A DNA stretch of 63,617 bases, the filler included, from Octopus bimaculoides (taxonomy: Eukaryota): NCBI RefSeq assembly GCF_001194135.2. It is 7 parts of 7 records of this genome, joined end to end, with 100 filler letters (N's around TTAATTAATTAA, not from the genome) between each part and the next. Parts side by side here need not be neighbours in the genome. Positions count along the whole stretch, not along the records: positions 61,266 to 63,617 come from NW_026351108.1; 6 more parts are not named here. One strand, written 5' to 3'. How positions within the stretch are numbered: position 1 is the first letter of the stretch; every line of letters starts with the position of its first letter. Of the stretch, positions 61,764-63,617 are shown piece by piece. Under the pieces are notes generated by a model. It was not told the origin of the DNA and ran no database searches. It worked only from the letters and a program-made list of their open reading frames with translations. The translations under genes were made by a program, and so were the position numbers.

Positions 61764-63475
61764 NNNNNNNNNNNNNNNNNNNNNNNNNNNNNNNNNNNNN
61801 NNNNNNNNNNNNNNNNNNNNNNNNNNNNNNNNNNNNNNNNNNNNNNNNNNNNNNNNNNNNNNNNNNNNNNNNNNNNNNNNNNNNNNNNNNNNNNNNNNNN
61901 NNNNNNNNNNNNNNNNNNNNNNNNNNNNNNNNNNNNNNNNNNNNNNNNNNNNNNNNNNNNNNNNNNNNNNNNNNNNNNNNNNNNNNNNNNNNNNNNNNNN
62001 NNNNNNNNNNNNNNNNNNNNNNNNNNNNNNNNNNNNNNNNNNNNNNNNNNNNNNNNNNNNNNNNNNNNNNNNNNNNNNNNNNNNNNNNNNNNNNNNNNNN
62101 NNNNNNNNNNNNNNNNNNNNNNNNNNNNNNNNNNNNNNNNNNNNNNNNNNNNNNNNNNNNNNNNNNNNNNNNNNNNNNNNNNNNNNNNNNNNNNNNNNNN
62201 NNNNNNNNNNNNNNNNNNNNNNNNNNNNNNNNNNNNNNNNNNNNNNNNNNNNNNNNNNNNNNNNNNNNNNNNNNNNNNNNNNNNNNNNNNNNNNNNNNNN
62301 NNNNNNNNNNNNNNNNNNNNNNNNNNNNNNNNNNNNNNNNNNNNNNNNNNNNNNNNNNNNNNNNNNNNNNNNNNNNNNNNNNNNNNNNNTTATCTTATTT
62401 CAGAAATTATAGAAAAAAAGAAGACTTAAATTTCGTATTTGTTTAGAATTCTTTAAGACATGAAGGCGTAAGGCACACACACACACGCACACAAACGATA
62501 AATACAAAACAAATAGTTTAAGCTTATTTTGTATTTTGTTTTAATGTTTCCAAGGTTTTTATTTGTTTCCACCTTTTTCGACATTTTTTTTTTTTTTCCT
62601 TTTTTTCCTTTTTCTCTTTATCATTTTGTCCAAAGACAGAAAAGTCTGAATTCTTCCACTGAACCGCTCGTCAAGTATGCAATATTCTATAATTACATTC
62701 TTTTAATCTTTGGATCGAGTGCATTCTGTTTGTGTTTGGACTTTTAAAATCTTCTTTGGATATCTCAGCTACGTTGACACTGAGAGAGAAGCAATTTGTG
62801 TTTTTACTAAAAATAACCAACTCGGAATCACATATACACAACACTTCTTGTGAACAAATCTGTAAAGAAGTCTTGTTTCTTTGAGGTCTTATGCGTAACA
62901 TCCGGACACATTACATACCATCGCGATTTCAGCTTCTTACATTTTGGCAACCTCAAAAATCTAGTTTTAGCCGGAAAAATTTTGGCGATTCTCCCATTTG
63001 GACTGGGATTCCAGATTATCATTTCTTTTTATATTGGACCAAGAAAGAATTGTGACATCGACTCGTAATTTTCCGTATTGCTTTCCAGGAAATATCTACT
63101 TTCTAGTCAACGCTTGCTTTCGTAGCTTTTCATCGGTCAAGGAAGGTCTGACAACCAGGAAATATCTCATTTGAAGACAAACCAAACACAGTTTGGTACA
63201 TCAAAAACACACACACAAAAACATATATCAATTTCGTTTCGTTTCGCATTTATGTCTTCGTTTGTGGTTGGCAGTCTCTGGTATTCTTATATGCTAAGTC
63301 TTTCATGAGACAAATACGATAGCATGTGTATGATGTAAGAAAACGAAGAAGAAAAAAAAAAAGGTGACGAAATTACATAGAGAAGTTGTGTGACATCCAA
63401 CCTTCACACAACATTCCAGTCGAACGATAAAATGGCAAATTTCTTCGTCACTGATGCTAGGGATCAGATGACCAC

Positions 63476-63477
<2 letters not shown>

Positions 63478-63536
<59 letters not shown>

Positions 63537-63577
63537 CAGCATCCACAAAACCGCAGAGATAACGGTGATAAAAATTA

Positions 63578-63617
<40 letters not shown>
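63478..63617. repeat. Opposed (AAT)n and (ATT)n microsatellites
   Basis: (AAT)n at 63478-63535 and (ATT)n at 63578-63617. Confidence 0.9.

Noticed and set aside
2083-62429. Long ORFs of 200-460 aa in the ORF track, and poly-N/I/D/HT/CV/SL ORFs
   Set aside because: They run through N gaps or translate microsatellites. Only the segments with recognisable TE motifs were kept.
62760-63070. Overlapping 55-75 aa ORFs on both strands as exons
   Set aside because: No recognisable domain, and I found no consistent splice signals.

Overview
AT-rich, microsatellite-dense eukaryotic DNA from a gapped assembly. The SINE/LINE repertoire suggests an octopus genome (inference from remembered repeat motifs, no search run). 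I found no confidently recognisable host gene. Nearly all interpretable sequence is transposon-derived: a Helitron helicase 3' end with terminal hairpin and CTAG, RTE LINEs, seven R4/Dong-type (restriction-like endonuclease, RLE) LINE fragments, Tc1 and mariner transposase remnants, several Penelope-like RT/GIY-YIG fragments, a Gypsy-type LTR+PBS nested in a Penelope RT, Helentron-associated (HINE-like) elements, at least three tRNA-SINE families and a CpG-rich palindromic 60-bp satellite. Highlights: (1) a TSD-bounded 1.9-kb L1/Tx1-like element encoding only ORF1 (HAL1-like), with an empty target site and a paralogue elsewhere in the window; (2) three sequence-unrelated ~250-300 bp foldback elements that each carry a minimal hammerhead-ribozyme motif, plus a head-to-head Penelope GIY-YIG palindrome with hammerhead motifs in both arms; (3) five same-strand elements stacked in (TAA)n tracts; (4) a candidate 3-exon 79-aa mini-gene. 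Six 44N-TTAATTAATTAA-44N blocks are assembly spacers, so adjacency across them is not reliable. TE boundaries are approximate unless a TSD or TIR is quoted.
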